IMG/VR virus record: IMGVR_UViG_3300020608_000013
Location: 148,021-212,020 of that record
DNA length: 64,000 nucleotides
Reading direction: 5' to 3' (one strand)
Position 1 is the stretch's first letter; each line of letters opens with the position of its first letter. Both the position numbers and the translations under genes were made by a program. Shown here in pieces: positions 9,233 to 18,075 of this stretch. The notes below the pieces were generated by a model that did not search any database, was not told where the DNA came from, and was given only the letters and a program-made list of their open reading frames with translations.

Positions 9233-10444
9233 GTGATGTTAATTTATATAGCTTATCATTATAAATGTCGTAAAAAAGGGCGTTATACACGTACCGAAGC
9301 AAATGACAGCCTGTCTGATATATTCAAAAACCCTTATGTGAAAGCAGAGGTGAGTGAAGATGGTGTTGTTAAATATTTAGATTTAGAACCTTATCGCGCA
9401 CAATATGATCAATCACCCATAACAATAAGTGAATTCATAAACGCTTTAACAGATTACGAGCGTTTCTTATCTTTAAAACTCTACACACAGATCGATCGTG
9501 TGGAATATGAGGAATTATATTCTTGTGGGTATACGGTCTTCCTGGGTAAAGAAGGTGAATACGTCCCTGAAGGCTATCCGCTAACAGCGATGGACGATCT
9601 CATTATTAAACGCCCTAATAGTAGTTTTGATAAGCAAGCTTTCTTTGAAGCTTGTGTCGTTACAGTCAATGGGTTCCTCTACCCTATAAAATATACTAAT
9701 GACGAACTCTATGTGAGTAAGGCAGGTCGATCGCGACATATTACCCCAGTGACAAAACAGAACACTATCGGTATTATAAACTTTCAAAACATAGGGGTAA
9801 TCCGAACAATTCCTTTAGAAGATGTAACAGTCAACCCCTACATTGATAACATCGATCTGTTCAAAGGGTTGGTCATTAACTATCCACGTAAAGAGGGTAA
9901 AAGTTATTTAGTGTCTATTGGTGGTTATCTACACCACTTTCCTACAGACTATCTACTACTTAATGATAAACTAACTATATTTTTAGATAAAACGCCTTAT
10001 ATGGAGAGATTGTTAGATACTATACGTATGTTAGACGTTAGTCAATTAGAACTCCCTAAAAGCGATGACGCTACATTAGATAAATCTTTCGTTACGTCAG
10101 ATAGTTTCATCCGAAGGTATTTAAATATGCCTCAAAGTTTCATTATTGAGATCGATACACCGTTCATTGAGACTGAAGTACAGTCTATTAAAAACGGAAG
10201 AATCCCAAATCGATTTCGTTGGTATGATGAACCGAGAGACCTACTAATAACAAATTACGGTAATGTTAGTAATTACGATAAAACGTATTACGGCGATTGG
10301 TTAGTAAAAGTTCTAGACCCTTTATCGTACCGCTATCGTCATAATGAGAGAATGCCTGAAAGATACGGTAATAGCGCTAGAATACCTGGCGTATACACAC
10401 CATCAACCTTCTCTCATTTCCTTTCCATTTTAAAATATAGTTGA
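9233..10444 (+). CDS. Putative phiKZ-like virion structural protein (403 aa)
   Basis: Divergent from 7782..9176; VTVNGFLY...NTIGIINFQNIG...VSIGGYLH pattern recalls conserved phiKZ-like virion proteins. Confidence 0.5.
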   Translation: MMLIYIAYHYKCRKKGRYTRTEANDSLSDIFKNPYVKAEVSEDGVVKYLDLEPYRAQYDQSPITISEFINALTDYERFLSLKLYTQIDRVEYEELYSCGYTVFLGKEGEYVPEGYPLTAMDDLIIKRPNSSFDKQAFFEACVVTVNGFLYPIKYTNDELYVSKAGRSRHITPVTKQNTIGIINFQNIGVIRTIPLEDVTVNPYIDNIDLFKGLVINYPRKEGKSYLVSIGGYLHHFPTDYLLLNDKLTIFLDKTPYMERLLDTIRMLDVSQLELPKSDDATLDKSFVTSDSFIRRYLNMPQSFIIEIDTPFIETEVQSIKNGRIPNRFRWYDEPRDLLITNYGNVSNYDKTYYGDWLVKVLDPLSYRYRHNERMPERYGNSARIPGVYTPSTFSHFLSILKYS

Positions 10445-10451
10445 TAATAAA

Positions 10452-10898
10452 ATGATCGAAATGATTGTCGCCCATACCCCCAACCGAGTAATAGGTTCTA
10501 ACGGACACCTCCCTTGGAAAAATAAAAACGATATGGTTTGGTTTAAAAAGCATACCGTTGGTAAAGCTATCGTAATGGGTCGTAATACATATGACTCGAT
10601 AGGTAGACCTTTACCAAAACGACGTAATATTGTTGTTTCTCGTACTTTAGAGATAGGGAGAATAAACAATATTATGGTTGCTAGAACACCACCTTTGGAA
10701 GGTAATTACATGGTCATTGGCGGTGCTGCGATATATGAGCACTATTTACCCTATGCAGATATACTTTATCGCACAATACTCCATAAAGAGTATGGAGGTG
10801 ACACTTACTTCCCAGTAATCGATGAAAAGTTGTTCAAAATCGTTTTTGCGTCTACTGATAGTGACGCAACTTACCAAATACTTGAGAGAAAAAAATAA
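10452..10898 (+). CDS. folA: Dihydrofolate reductase
   Basis: MIVAHTPNRVIGSNGHLPW, D27-equivalent, VMGRNTYDSIGRPLPKRRNIVVSR, VIGGAAIY, GDTYFP motifs. Confidence 0.97.
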   Translation: MIEMIVAHTPNRVIGSNGHLPWKNKNDMVWFKKHTVGKAIVMGRNTYDSIGRPLPKRRNIVVSRTLEIGRINNIMVARTPPLEGNYMVIGGAAIYEHYLPYADILYRTILHKEYGGDTYFPVIDEKLFKIVFASTDSDATYQILERKK

Positions 10899-10911
10899 AC
10901 GACAAAGGTTA

Positions 10912-10947
10912 TACACGTTACTATAGCTTAAGCTATAGTAACGTGTA
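10912..10947. terminator. 36-bp perfect palindrome between convergent genes (bidirectional terminator candidate)
   Basis: TACACGTTACTATAGCTT/AAGCTATAGTAACGTGTA. Confidence 0.7.
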
Positions 10948-10952
10948 ACGCC

Positions 10953-11120
10953 TTATTCTGTGATACACTCTAGGGCACACAAGAAGATCGGGTCATACCC
11001 ATGTTGATTTTCGCAAAGTACGGGTTTGTCTTCATCTTTATACTTATCTTCTAAGTAATCAATAAAAGATTTACGACCTTCATTCGTGTCGTCAGAGGTA
11101 TCACGGCGATGTACCGTCAT
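10953..11120 (-). CDS. Unannotated small protein (55 aa, MTVHRRDTSDD...CALECITE)
   Basis: Translated by hand; GAGG RBS; overlaps the upstream stop. Confidence 0.5.
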   Translation of the reverse strand: MTVHRRDTSDDTNEGRKSFIDYLEDKYKDEDKPVLCENQHGYDPIFLCALECITE

Positions 11121-12195
11121 CGTTAGTTACCTCATTCTTGCGAGCATAGCGAAGGATCGCGTTTTCGATTTCGCTAAGTTGTCCTAAATCAATAGATGAA
11201 GGGTGTTGTCGAAGGTAGTGTGTGTATGCCTCCTCTACGGTATCGTATTGAGGACACACTTGTTTCACTGCATAGGTGAGTAGTCTTGTGTCCGTATAAT
11301 CACTAAAGCTCGACCAAGCCGTCTTAAACGAACACCCTCTTTTTGCTAAAAGGGCGAGTACTCTCATTAGAGCCATTGTACCGCTATCAATGTTTACGGG
11401 TATGAAAGTTCTATCCATTGTCTGTGCTGCGAAAAGAACATACTCATACCAACCTGGAACATTTCCAGGGTAGTTTTTAATAGCGATCTTTTTTAGCACA
11501 TGTGTTAAGTCGTCACCTAACTCTAGTAAAACATCTGCAATACTTTGGTCAGTCTCTTCACAAATTAGGGGGTAGAGGGGTAGTACTGCCTCATAACCTC
11601 CTTTTAAAGCCACTAAATTATTATGCTTTAGTAATAGTCGCGCCAAAGGGATTGCGTCGCTAAAGTGGTAAGTGATGTCATTAGCGAGGTCTTCGTATTT
11701 TTTTCGACGTTCAAAACCAACATCGTTAAGTCTCAAAGCCTTTTTACCCAACGCTATGTAAGTCTTTTCTAATAACGACCACTCCAAGCCATTGTTGATG
11801 TATACATGGTCTTTAAAGATATTATCATAACAGGTTGGGCTTGAGTCCCGTTCCCGCATTGTTTCACGGATAGTCTTGACCACAAAGCTATTATTATGGA
11901 ATAGCGCTCTGTTTAGCCTAAGCGCTTGAGGTGTATCGACATTTAGTTTAGCTAAAATGTTAATACTAACCGTTTCAGCGACTGTTGCGCTATTTTCTGA
12001 ACTTATTCCCAGCGTGGCATGATAGGCGTAGAACATACACTCTAAAGGTGTTATATCTCGATTATTCGTTTTAGCTCTTGCAAGTTTTTTATTCGCTTCA
12101 CGAACCATATTATCCATGTCCTTGGGTTCTACAGAAGAAACTAGTCCAAGGTCTTTTACAAAAACTTTAATTTCGTTTGGGGTAATTGTATCCAT
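11101..12195 (-). CDS. Hypothetical helical protein (364 aa)
   Basis: ORF track. Confidence 0.8.
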   Translation of the reverse strand: MDTITPNEIKVFVKDLGLVSSVEPKDMDNMVREANKKLARAKTNNRDITPLECMFYAYHATLGISSENSATVAETVSINILAKLNVDTPQALRLNRALFHNNSFVVKTIRETMRERDSSPTCYDNIFKDHVYINNGLEWSLLEKTYIALGKKALRLNDVGFERRKKYEDLANDITYHFSDAIPLARLLLKHNNLVALKGGYEAVLPLYPLICEETDQSIADVLLELGDDLTHVLKKIAIKNYPGNVPGWYEYVLFAAQTMDRTFIPVNIDSGTMALMRVLALLAKRGCSFKTAWSSFSDYTDTRLLTYAVKQVCPQYDTVEEAYTHYLRQHPSSIDLGQLSEIENAILRYARKNEVTNDDGTSP

Positions 12196-12248
12196 TTTCT
12201 TTTACCTTGTGTTGAAGGGCCTGATGTATTAACAGACCCTTGTTAAAT

Positions 12249-12887
12249 TTAAAGAGTGTTAAGATAACTGTGTTGGTGGATGTCTACTTTACTGTAGACT
12301 TCCTTAAAAGTTTTTGCAGTACCCACATCACCCTTTGACTCGACATCATCAAGTATGTCAAGCGCAAGTTGTGACAATTCTATAGTAATTGCCTGAGTGA
12401 ACACACCGTTACTTTCTAAGTAACGTATCGCGTTGCGGTATCCCATACCGTCATCCACCAAGTTTAGAACTTTAGTAATGAGTTCTCTCGATGCAACGTC
12501 TGGCCCTTCTTCGATCATGGCTTTCGCATAAGGAGTCTGATGGTTCCTTAATTTAAAGCGATAAAGCCATTTGTCAATGGCTGTAAATGCCTTAGCATCA
12601 ACCACTCTCAAAGAGGGTCTAACAGCGAAAAATTCTGTTAACCTCTCTAACATTTTTTCAGTGGAGTAGAAACTTAACAACCACGAAGGACTAAGTTTTA
12701 CACTTAGACGTTTAGCCATAAATGTAAAAAGGGGTGCGTTATTCTCACCTTTACAGTGACGCACCGTTGCTAGATGTTTATGCCGATGATAGCATAAATA
12801 GAGTGTGTAGAAATCAGCAATCTCTCTCGGGTTGAGGTTCTTCACCTTACTAATTACTTCTGACGGGTTTCTCGCATCAAATGACAT
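12249..12887 (-). CDS. Hypothetical protein (212 aa)
   Basis: ORF track; coupled start/stop. Confidence 0.8.
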   Translation of the reverse strand: MSFDARNPSEVISKVKNLNPREIADFYTLYLCYHRHKHLATVRHCKGENNAPLFTFMAKRLSVKLSPSWLLSFYSTEKMLERLTEFFAVRPSLRVVDAKAFTAIDKWLYRFKLRNHQTPYAKAMIEEGPDVASRELITKVLNLVDDGMGYRNAIRYLESNGVFTQAITIELSQLALDILDDVESKGDVGTAKTFKEVYSKVDIHQHSYLNTL

Positions 12888-13213
12888 TATTCACCCCCCA
12901 AGATTCTTGAATCGAGTCTAATCTGTGTTAAGATTAGGTTCACAAATTCTACTAGGACAGTAGGGTCTTTTTCACTAAAGTTTTTCAAGAAAGCTATAGT
13001 GTTAATATAACCTGCTATGTTAGACTTCATCATCCAGACATGGGTTTTTAAACAGGGTGATAAATCCTTATCACTAGTTACGCTCATAATCTTATTCTCT
13101 ATTTTCATTAAATAAGGTGTTATTTCTTCGTTAATGAATTCGAGAAAAGCCTTATGAGAGTATTTATCTTCCCGTGTATATTTTTGATTTTTAGTAATTA
13201 ATTTTAAAATCAT
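12887..13213 (-). CDS. Hypothetical protein (108 aa)
   Basis: ORF track; ATGA overlap. Confidence 0.75.
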   Translation of the reverse strand: MILKLITKNQKYTREDKYSHKAFLEFINEEITPYLMKIENKIMSVTSDKDLSPCLKTHVWMMKSNIAGYINTIAFLKNFSEKDPTVLVEFVNLILTQIRLDSRILGGE

Positions 13214-13443
13214 AATAAGTTCTCCCTTTTTAATAAACGAATTACTTCACTCTTTGCCATAATAAACCCACATGAGCATAATAGTTTATGGGTGTTCTCT
13301 ATCGTCAACTCTTCGGGAGCCAACGAATGTAAGATGTTTTTTATCTCATCACCCTTACACACTTCACCAGCGTGCTCGGTTTTAGACGTTAAGTCAATGT
13401 CGGGTATTGGTGTTAGCATTTTATCCCTCATCTGTATCAACAA
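13210..13443 (-). CDS. Hypothetical protein (up to 77 aa)
   Basis: ORF track. Confidence 0.65.
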   Translation of the reverse strand: MLIQMRDKMLTPIPDIDLTSKTEHAGEVCKGDEIKNILHSLAPEELTIENTHKLLCSCGFIMAKSEVIRLLKRENLL

Positions 13444-13561
13444 TGTTTATTTCTAAGAAATCGTCAAAAGGGTAGTCGATTTCCTCTTCTTGTGAGTCGT
13501 TCACGGTATCTGTTTCATGCACTTCTTCATGCTTTTCAGTGTCAATGAGACTTTTTTTCAT
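13421..13561 (-). CDS. Unannotated acidic microprotein (46 aa, MKKSLIDTEKHEEVHETDTVNDSQEEEIDYPFDDFLEINIVDTDEG)
   Basis: Translated by hand; AGGA RBS; 17 D/E. Confidence 0.7.
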   Translation of the reverse strand: MKKSLIDTEKHEEVHETDTVNDSQEEEIDYPFDDFLEINIVDTDEG

Positions 13562-13581
13562 GGGTAGTCCTATCTTTAAAG

Positions 13582-14331
13582 TTAATAGTGGTTTGTGTAG
13601 TGTTTAATACGCAACTCCTCATCTATCTTTTTGAAAAGAGCGCCTAAACTCCCTTGGGGTTCTTTTAAGTACATATCTCCCTCTAAGGCAGATAAGTAGG
13701 AGACTGCCCCAGGTAATTTAAAGAACATTTTAGTCAATAACGTGTGTTCTCCAAACACTTTCTCGAATTCCACGCTTTCTAGGAAGATATGGTCTAAGTC
13801 TTCATGATACACACGTACTGCTACAGCACATATCTGGTTTTGTATCATAAGGGGTAGTGGTTTCAACCACTTTTCAACCATGTCTCTAATGAAGCCCTTA
13901 CCACCAGGGTTATAATGGTAGTGAGCAAGTTCGGGAAACGTGAGTTTCTCCACATCAATATTTAGACGATCGACATCGACACTCTCCAAACTCGTTCTTT
14001 TTAGTAAAGATTCTCGGTAGCTCATCGCTAACAAATAGCGATGGGCTGGTACATTAGGGTCAGGTACTTTACTCTCTATACAATGGTTGAGGAAAACCAC
14101 ATTTAGTATGTCCGTATAGTGGACATAATTAAAATCTTTCATTATATCCTCATACTCTTCTTTAGTACAGGGTGTTAAATTATCGAGGTCTACGTGATCG
14201 CGGACTGAAACATCGCTTTTGATAGCATCTATCATTTTTGGCGTTAAACTCGTTACACCAAAATGGTATTTGTAGAACTTAATTTTGTCTAAATAACTTT
14301 TCCATTTAGTAAGTGGGTTTGTAGTGATCAT
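13582..14331 (-). CDS. Hypothetical protein (249 aa)
   Basis: ORF track; AGGAG RBS. Confidence 0.8.
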   Translation of the reverse strand: MITTNPLTKWKSYLDKIKFYKYHFGVTSLTPKMIDAIKSDVSVRDHVDLDNLTPCTKEEYEDIMKDFNYVHYTDILNVVFLNHCIESKVPDPNVPAHRYLLAMSYRESLLKRTSLESVDVDRLNIDVEKLTFPELAHYHYNPGGKGFIRDMVEKWLKPLPLMIQNQICAVAVRVYHEDLDHIFLESVEFEKVFGEHTLLTKMFFKLPGAVSYLSALEGDMYLKEPQGSLGALFKKIDEELRIKHYTNHY

Positions 14332-14408
14332 CGAGTCTTCTCCTGTTTAACGGGTTTTCTTAAATCTACCAAGGTACGACGGCATTCACCATCGTACCTT
14401 GAGGTCGT

Positions 14409-15209
14409 TTAATTTGCAGTAGTTGTAAGATTCTTTAATAAATTTACTAAGTCTATTAATGGTCGAATCTCTGGATATAGTGACTTTTGTAAGTCAAGTT
14501 CTCCGCAACCATTAACTTCGTAATGTTTCACCATCTCTTCTAACGGTGCTTTGATCACACTATCCTTCTTCAAAAAATCTGCAATAACCTCACACTCTTC
14601 TTCAGAGTGGTATTTAGCCACTACACGAAGAACATAGCGTTTTACGTGAGTCATGTTAAAAAACTCCTCGTGAGTGCCCATGTAAATTAATAGGCTAGTT
14701 AACGACAAGATTTGTTTTGTAGGTTTTAATTGCATTAAAAAGGAAAGGTCGTTGTTTTTATTGGGAGGTAGTCTACGTTCTATAGCACGCTTATAGTAAG
14801 CTATTTTGTCGAAATATTTACTAACCGCACTATCCTTCGTATCTTGTACATACCCTTTTGGATATTTCAATGGGTCGTTTCTCATTAGGGTGGCAAGGTC
14901 TACTGCTTGTTCCTTGGGTATCTCAAACGCTTCCGCATGTTCATAGTAGTCTGCACTACCCCAATAACTGCGTAGATAAGACGGTGTAGCATTTAATAGA
15001 GCGTTATTCGCAAAATGCTCGATTGTTGCAACAAATCGGTAGTGTTTGGGTATATCGTCTAAAGGCGGTCTTTTCTTTTTCTTGCTTTGAGTTCCAAAAG
15101 CGCTCAAATCGTTCCAATTGATCAATGTTCTATCAAATTCTTCAAGCGCTTCCAACACTTGTTTCTCTGATGGTGTTCCCGCAAGGTCTGACGAGTCTTC
15201 TTTAGTCAT
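14409..15209 (-). CDS. Hypothetical protein, paralogue family A (266 aa)
   Basis: Shares SYWG..Y.EHA, LTSLLI..G...EFF.M..VK and LYPE with 15765..16904. Confidence 0.85.
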   Translation of the reverse strand: MTKEDSSDLAGTPSEKQVLEALEEFDRTLINWNDLSAFGTQSKKKKRPPLDDIPKHYRFVATIEHFANNALLNATPSYLRSYWGSADYYEHAEAFEIPKEQAVDLATLMRNDPLKYPKGYVQDTKDSAVSKYFDKIAYYKRAIERRLPPNKNNDLSFLMQLKPTKQILSLTSLLIYMGTHEEFFNMTHVKRYVLRVVAKYHSEEECEVIADFLKKDSVIKAPLEEMVKHYEVNGCGELDLQKSLYPEIRPLIDLVNLLKNLTTTAN

Positions 15210-15270
15210 TTTCTTTTCCTTAATGATTTAGGTTAAAGTTACTGAGCTACGCACTATGGTAACTCAACAT

Positions 15271-15280
15271 TATAATATAC
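15271..15280 (-). promoter_or_regulatory. Putative early-promoter motif GTATATTATA with imperfect downstream stem (15237-15264)
   Basis: Motif copy just downstream of a terminator. Confidence 0.7.
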
Positions 15281-15312
15281 GCCTGTATTAATTTATATTA
15301 AAACACTTTTTC

Positions 15313-15369
15313 AAAAAAAAATAAACTAGAGTAATATAGACCAAGTTGGGCAACCCAACTTGGTCTATA
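15313..15369 (-). terminator. Intrinsic terminator
   Basis: 16-bp perfect stem TATAGACCAAGTTGGG/CCCAACTTGGTCTATA; T9 tract downstream on the - strand. Confidence 0.8.
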
Positions 15370-15394
15370 CCTTCTATCAACCTGCGTAAATTCT

Positions 15395-15418
15395 AATTGT
15401 GTCGAATTCGACATAATT
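15395..15418. repeat. Near-perfect palindrome centred on TCGAATTCGA (copy 2)
   Basis: AATTGTGTCGAATTCGACATAATT, one mismatch; - strand reads FNYVEFDTIR. Confidence 0.8.
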
Positions 15419-15473
15419 AAAACATCGTCATACATACTTTTTAAACAAATCGACGTTCTTAAAGTTAATTAAT

Positions 15474-15762
15474 TCAACTATCTTTCGTCAGGAGACGTAT
15501 TTACTGAATAGCTGTTTTGTTTAACAGTTCAAGACGTTCTTGCTGTGGCGTACATTAAGCGTTTCTAGATTAGCAAAACAAGCCAGTTGCGAAACGTCTG
15601 CATACCACCGTAACGACCTACTCTACTTTGTATACCTATAGCGTTGGTAGCCTGAACCCATTCTTTAACGCTAATTATATAGCTATTCAAACCTACAACA
15701 CTTCTAATTCTATCGAATTCGATAGAATTAGAATTAGGGTTATAAATGCGTTCCCAAACGCC
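15474..15762 (-). pseudogene. Decayed KilA-N domain DNA-binding protein fragment
   Basis: Hand translation GVWERIYNPNSNSIEFDRIRSVVGLNSYIISVKEWVQATNAIGIQSRVGRYGG, frameshift, YADVSQLACFANLETLN, frameshift, QQERLELLNKTAIQ*; matches N- and C-terminal blocks of bacterial KilA-N proteins as recalled; no start codon. Confidence 0.8.
15702..15733. repeat. 32-bp perfect palindrome centred on TCGAATTCGA (copy 1)
   Basis: TTCTAATTCTATCGAA/TTCGATAGAATTAGAA. Confidence 0.9.
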
Positions 15763-15764
15763 TT

Positions 15765-16904
15765 CTACATTTTTTGACTTCTAATAGCGCCGTCTAGTGA
15801 TTTAGCGATATTTAAGAACGGTTTTACTTCTGGATAGAGTGTTTCATACAAATCCCAGTCGTTGCTACCGCCTCCACCATAGTGACTAGCCATTGCTTGC
15901 GTGACCGTATTAAAAGTGTCTGTAAGTAGAAGCGTTTTAAGCATGTCGTGTTCTTGCTTACGGTGGTTCTTCATCACAATATCAACAACCGCCGTTTTTA
16001 CGCGAGACATACTGAAAAACTCACTATATTCCCCGACTACAATTAACAGACTTGTGAGACGAATCGCCTCTAAAGAAGGTATTAACTGACTTAATTGACT
16101 TTTACATACGTAGCAGTCAGGTGTTCTACTTTTAATAACACTTTCATAATACTGTACTGTACGGAAAAACTCGTCGATAATTTTCCCCTCTTTTTCACAA
16201 ACGTTACTTTCGTTGAATGTGTAATCTTTATTCTTAATTAAGGTGTAGAGCTTCCCAACTTCCGTATCGGTTAGACCAAGCGCTTTCGCATGTTCAGCAT
16301 ACGCTTCACCTCCCCAGTAACTAAGGAGATAGCTTGCCGCATCGTCGCCCAATGCCTTTTTTGCGTAATACTCTACAGTACTGATAACACGATTATATTT
16401 AGGTAAGTCAAGTAGATTAATAGGCTCTCCCGAAAGACAGTCGGTCATTTCTTTAAGTGTTGACGTTTCGCCACCTAGCTTCTTTTTGAGGTAGTTTTCG
16501 TATCCATTGGAAATTTCAGTGCGAACTGCCGCTAACGCACGATCTACGGCTTCACTAACCTCCTGTCTTACACGACGCTTCGTCTCTTCTTCAACCTCCG
16601 AAGACGCTTCTTTGCCAGACACCTTACTTGCCCGTTCTTTAAACGTCGTTGTCTCTGCCTCCAACGCTTCTTGAAGTTTAGTAGTGCTAAAGTGACTTCC
16701 ATGTGTGTCCATTGCTAGCTCCTCTTTTAAATCATTCACGAACATCATTGCACGGAGAAAGTGTATTGATTTATTTTCAAATTCGCCACAATAGGTTATG
16801 AAATCACGTTGAGTTGGTGTCAAAACCTCTTCATTCTTACCTATCCCGTAAACATGTTTGTGGAAAAATTTATCAATAGGTGTCGTTAAAGGCGCTTTTT
16901 CCAA
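15765..16904 (-). CDS. Hypothetical protein, paralogue family A (379 aa) with extra N-terminal coiled region
   Basis: C-terminal ~190 aa aligns by eye with 14409..15209. Confidence 0.85.
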   Translation of the reverse strand: MEKAPLTTPIDKFFHKHVYGIGKNEEVLTPTQRDFITYCGEFENKSIHFLRAMMFVNDLKEELAMDTHGSHFSTTKLQEALEAETTTFKERASKVSGKEASSEVEEETKRRVRQEVSEAVDRALAAVRTEISNGYENYLKKKLGGETSTLKEMTDCLSGEPINLLDLPKYNRVISTVEYYAKKALGDDAASYLLSYWGGEAYAEHAKALGLTDTEVGKLYTLIKNKDYTFNESNVCEKEGKIIDEFFRTVQYYESVIKSRTPDCYVCKSQLSQLIPSLEAIRLTSLLIVVGEYSEFFSMSRVKTAVVDIVMKNHRKQEHDMLKTLLLTDTFNTVTQAMASHYGGGGSNDWDLYETLYPEVKPFLNIAKSLDGAIRSQKM

Positions 16905-17899
16905 CTAGGGACGAACAACCATTTGTCGACTAGACCCTCAGTACCCTTTAAGTCTGAAATTAAAGCTTTGACACCTACATCACCTAATAACTCCCCTGTG
17001 TCTTTGATTCTCTTGCGATTGAGTAAATCTACCACATTTTTACCATAGTCTTGATAGACTGCGCTCATCAACCCAACATCAATGGTGTCGTAGTTATAGT
17101 GACGCATTAAAGCAACAACAGTGAAGTGGTCACGACCTAAAAAATCTGCTGGACGTGTAGTGTCGGGCTTTTCGTTTGTGGATTCATCTTGGTTGGGTTT
17201 ACAATGGTGTTTAGCGACATATTTAGTAACATACTTGTTTATTAAACTTGTCTGTGAAGCGCTCAAGGTACATCCTCCGTAATTTTCCCACATACGAGGG
17301 TCGAGATACCGATCATCCTGTAAGATAAAATTTAAAACGAAACTAATGTCTAAACATTTTTCGTGTTTTGAAGTCAATTCTTCTAACACTTCCTCTTCTC
17401 CAAGGTAAGCCATGAAACGCTTGTCGTTACCAAGCCCGTTATCATTAGCTACTCGCCAAACACCATAAGCGTAAACTTTAATAGAGTCTAGACTATCACT
17501 TAGATCAACCCCAACCCTAGTGACATAATAGCTCACTAAGACATCGTAAAGTTTTTTACTAAAACCCATTTTATAAAACTCGCGCTTATCCAGACTATTA
17601 CGCAATAATCTTAGAAAATTGAGTAATTTACTATGTTCCCATGCATAAGTGATCGATTCACTTTCTGCTATAATCGCATTAAGAAGTACATTTACTTCAA
17701 CATCATGACCAATAGTCTCATATATGTATATAAAATGGTCGTGAACATCCCGCCCATAGACTTTTCTAATGGCGTTTAGTAAATCAACACTATTTTCCTT
17801 TGTGAAATGCGCCCCTACATGATTTAACGCTATGGTGGTAGTTTTCAGTAGCGGTAACTCGATTGTAACGTCGATAGTATCGTGGTTCTGATTAATCAT
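16886..17899 (-). CDS. Hypothetical protein, family B (337 aa)
   Basis: Shares ILQDDRYLDPRMW / VLNDNRFADPRVW block with the C-terminus of 18947..21532. Confidence 0.85.
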   Translation of the reverse strand: MINQNHDTIDVTIELPLLKTTTIALNHVGAHFTKENSVDLLNAIRKVYGRDVHDHFIYIYETIGHDVEVNVLLNAIIAESESITYAWEHSKLLNFLRLLRNSLDKREFYKMGFSKKLYDVLVSYYVTRVGVDLSDSLDSIKVYAYGVWRVANDNGLGNDKRFMAYLGEEEVLEELTSKHEKCLDISFVLNFILQDDRYLDPRMWENYGGCTLSASQTSLINKYVTKYVAKHHCKPNQDESTNEKPDTTRPADFLGRDHFTVVALMRHYNYDTIDVGLMSAVYQDYGKNVVDLLNRKRIKDTGELLGDVGVKALISDLKGTEGLVDKWLFVPSWKKRL

Positions 17900-17951
17900 A
17901 ATATTTCTCTCATGTATTTGTAGGTATTCAGGTAACTACTGTTGTGGATTA

Positions 17952-17986
17952 TTGAGCTAACGGTTTAGCTCAACACTATAATATAC
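17952..17986 (-). promoter_or_regulatory. Promoter motif (17977-17986) plus downstream 9-bp hairpin (17952-17973)
   Basis: GTATATTATA then TTGAGCTAA/TTAGCTCAA. Confidence 0.75.
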
Positions 17987-18020
17987 ACCTGTATAAATTT
18001 ACTTTACTAGGTTAGTTTAT

Positions 18021-18070
18021 AAAAAAAATACAGACACGTTGTACCCTAGAGAACACTCTCTAGGGTACAA
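18021..18070 (-). terminator. Intrinsic terminator
   Basis: 14-bp perfect stem plus T8 tract on the - strand. Confidence 0.75.
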
Positions 18071-18075
18071 TATAG

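Noticed and set aside
15067-15084. NLS-like KKKKRP in 14409..15209 (and KKGKRKRK in 46768..47301) suggesting a eukaryotic virus
   Set aside because: Shine-Dalgarno sites, intrinsic terminators, operon coupling and phage-type genes indicate a bacteriophage; basic patches are common
15377-15733. CRISPR mini-array (two palindromic repeats)
   Set aside because: Only two imperfectly matching copies ~310 bp apart, the spacer is a decayed gene and no cas genes are present
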